Source of the DNA: Octopus sinensis
Lineage: Eukaryota
Assembly (NCBI RefSeq): GCF_006345805.1
Contig: NW_021836697.1
Span: forward strand, 1-22,977
Direction: 5' to 3'
DNA length: 22,977 bases
Shown piece by piece: positions 20,990 to 22,977 of the stretch (positions are counted from its first letter, which is position 1; each line of letters opens with the position of its first letter). The position numbers and the translations under genes were made by a program. The notes beneath the pieces were generated by a model, which was given only the letters and a program-made list of their open reading frames with translations, did not search any database and had not been told where the DNA came from.

Positions 20990-21855
20990 CCGGCACCGCC
21001 GCCGCCTCCTTCAAGCAACACTACCTTCGCTCCGCCACCACCGTCTCCAGCACCGCTGCACTCTTTCTCTCTACCACCCCTTCCCTCTCTCCCTCTCTTT
21101 CTTTCTCCGACTACTACGCTCACCAGCACCGCCGTCGCCTCCTTCAAGCAACAGCGCAACCACCCTCTCCAGCATCGCTGCTTTCTTTCTCTCTCTCTCT
21201 CATCCCTCCCTCTCCCTCTCTGTCTCTCTCCGACTACTACTCTCACCAGCACCACCGCCGCATTCCAGCAACACGGCGCTTCGCCACCACCTTCTCCAGC
21301 ACCGCTGCACTCTTTCTCTCTATCACCCCTTCCCTCTCTCCCTCTCTTTCTCTCTCCGACTACTACCCTCACCAGCACCGCTATCCCCTCCTTCAAGCAA
21401 CAGCGCCTCCGCTCCGCCACCACCCTCCTCAGCATCGCTGCTCTCTTTCTCTCTATCGCCCCATCCCTCTCCCTCTTTCTCTCTCCGACCACTCTCATCA
21501 CCACCACCGCCCACAACGCCACCACCCTCTCCAGTATCGCTGCTTTCTTTCTCTCTATTACCCCTTCCCTCTCTCTCTCTGTCTCTCTCCGACTACTACT
21601 TTCACCAGCACCACCGCAGCATTCCAGCAACACGGCGCTTCGTCACCACCTTCTCCAGCACCGCTGCACTCTTTCTCTCTATCACCCCTTCCCTCTCTCC
21701 CTCTCTTTCTCTCTCCGACTACTACCCTCACCAGCACCGCCACCTCCTTCAAGCAACACGGCGCTTCGCCACCACCGTCTCCAGCACCGCTGCACTCCTT
21801 ATCTTCCCCCTCTCTCTTTCCTTTCTCTCTCACTTCCACTCCAACACCACCGCCA
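20990..21855. repeat. ~125-bp C/T-rich composite minisatellite (~7 units)
   Basis: GCCACCACCNTCTCCAGCACCGCTGCACTCTTTCTCTCT...CCGACTACTAC..TCACCAGCACC..CC...CAAGCAACA recurs near 21034, 21157, 21283, 21416, 21518, 21642 and 21768. Confidence 0.9.
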
Positions 21856-21868
21856 TAATGCAAAACAA

Positions 21869-22269
21869 AATTATATCAAAATTCCCCCGAAATAGGAGGC
21901 GCTGCCGTGCTCTTGGAAACCTCAGAAATCAACGACAAACCTGACCACCAGGGAAAGCATTGTATCCGCTTTTTCTACAGGCGCATGCTTAGAGTAGGCC
22001 CACTCACACGGGCCATTCTTATGACATTCACCCAGGTTTAAACAAAATTGCTGGGAGTTAGAACTTATCTCTCCACCCACCACTTTTCTTTTCGAGTGAA
22101 ACTTGCATACGTTGATGAGGGCTTAACAGCGATGGTCAAATAGAATGCGGGGTTATATAAAAGTCGCGCAGACAATGAAAAACAATCAATTATATCCAAA
22201 TTCCCCCCAAAGTAGGAGGCGCTGCAGTGCTCTTGGAAACCCCAGAAATCAACGACAGACCTGACCACC
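21869..22269 (+). repeat. ~82-bp direct repeat pair (21869-21949 and 22188-22269), period ~320 bp
   Basis: AATTATATC.AAATTCCCCC.AA.TAGGAGGCGCTGC.GTGCTCTTGGAAACC.CAGAAATCAACGACA.ACCTGACCACC. Confidence 0.92.
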
Positions 22270-22286
22270 GGGTGGGGGCGGGGGAA

Positions 22287-22473
22287 ATCAGAAATAGTCG
22301 GGCACTAAACGAGAGCGTGTTGAACAGTTTCGTTGCTCAGGGCATATCTCGGGCACACAGGATTAACTGAATTTCCCTGCCTGTAGAGTTTATCCCGAAC
22401 AGGCAGCACTCCGCGGTAACAGTGTCGGGAAAAGGAATTCTGGAACTTATCCACATACCCTGGAACTTATCCG
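22287..22473 (-). mobile_element. Fragment of L1/Tx1 ORF2 C-terminal zinc-binding (zf-RVT-like) region
   Basis: Hand translation: VDKFQNSFSRHCYRGVLPVRDKLYRQGNSVNPVCPRYALSNETVQHALV*CPTISD, a decayed CxxC...ETxxH...CP pattern. Not in the ORF track because of the stop. Confidence 0.8.
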
Positions 22474-22479
22474 CAAAAA

Positions 22480-22908
22480 CCTTGGTGACCATGAAGATTT
22501 TAAACAAAATCTTTCGGACGAAAATCAGCGCCGACTATAATTTCTGCCTTGCAAACAACTTGCTTAGTCAAGTGCTACCAGTCAAAACTCCGCATACCGG
22601 AAGAAGCCAGCAAGTGTATGGGGTCATCAAGAGAGAATGCGCCCCGTTTCGGGGCCTAACTCTCGACGGCATCAATGCGCACCGGCCCCCCTCATTGATA
22701 TGAGGCCCCGCTTGCTCGATCAGCTGGTTATCAAATAAAGCTCAATATTCTTCTAGCCATTGCTCATCGTCTCTTTTTAACCAAATCCAGTGGCTAGCCT
22801 TTTCTACTGTAGTTTGGATATCGGTCATGGTGGTATTGACTTTACGATGAGTTAGGCTTAACCATAACAACAGTCGTCTCACACTGTGTCCAACAAACCC
22901 TCTACATC
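22480..22908 (-). mobile_element. 3' end of an RLE-type non-LTR retrotransposon (HERO/NeSL-like): C-terminus 22742-22908 plus presumed 3' UTR
   Basis: GCRGFVGHSVRRLLLWL...VEKASHWIWLKRDDEQW* resembles the EVGCRGF...AE.AS.W.W..R terminus of HERO-type elements. The UTR extent is inferred. Confidence 0.75.
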
Positions 22909-22952
22909 CTGTTTCTTTATTAGCCACAAGGGCCCAACATAGAGGGGGACAA
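22909..22952 (-). mobile_element. 3' tail of SINE family B
   Basis: CTGTTTCTTTATTAGCCACAAGGGCCCAACATAGAGGGGGACAA matches 12537-12582. Confidence 0.8.
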
Positions 22953-22977
22953 TACAGCCTGATTGGGGTCAGACACA

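Noticed and set aside
20523-21944. 368-aa and 398-aa ORFs
   Set aside because: They are translations of a stop-poor C/T-rich satellite with no domain signal.
22422-22703. 93-aa plus-strand ORF
   Set aside because: It is antisense to L1 and HERO-like remnants and has no recognisable motif.

Overview
AT-rich, repeat-dense eukaryotic DNA. The SINE, LINE and microsatellite mix suggests an invertebrate, most likely an octopod cephalopod (inference). The only recognisable host gene is the terminal exon of a Hairy/Enhancer-of-split (HES) bHLH-Orange repressor at 248-1065 (SKLEKVDILEMTVKYLR ... WRPW*), which is frame-disrupted as given. The rest is decayed retroelements: an RTE LINE with a PHD finger, a Penelope-like element (RT + GIY-YIG), an L1/Tx1 LINE interrupted by a SINE with a 15-bp TSD, a separate L1 zinc-finger fragment, the 3' end of a HERO/NeSL-type RLE element, two tRNA-derived SINE families, three minisatellite families and many (TA)n/(TG)n tracts. 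The most interesting signals are: (1) three minus-strand type I hammerhead-ribozyme-like motifs with palindromic minimal stem III, two of them with very large stem/loop II inserts, in non-coding units sitting in (TA)n tracts; (2) a possible -1 frameshift or splice junction between an upstream ORF and the RT frame of the Penelope element; (3) a visible transition from a 39-bp minisatellite to a ~60-bp unit in which GATATC has expanded into a microsatellite. No prokaryotic genes, rRNA, true tRNA or CRISPR arrays are supported. All calls are by eye, with no database searches.
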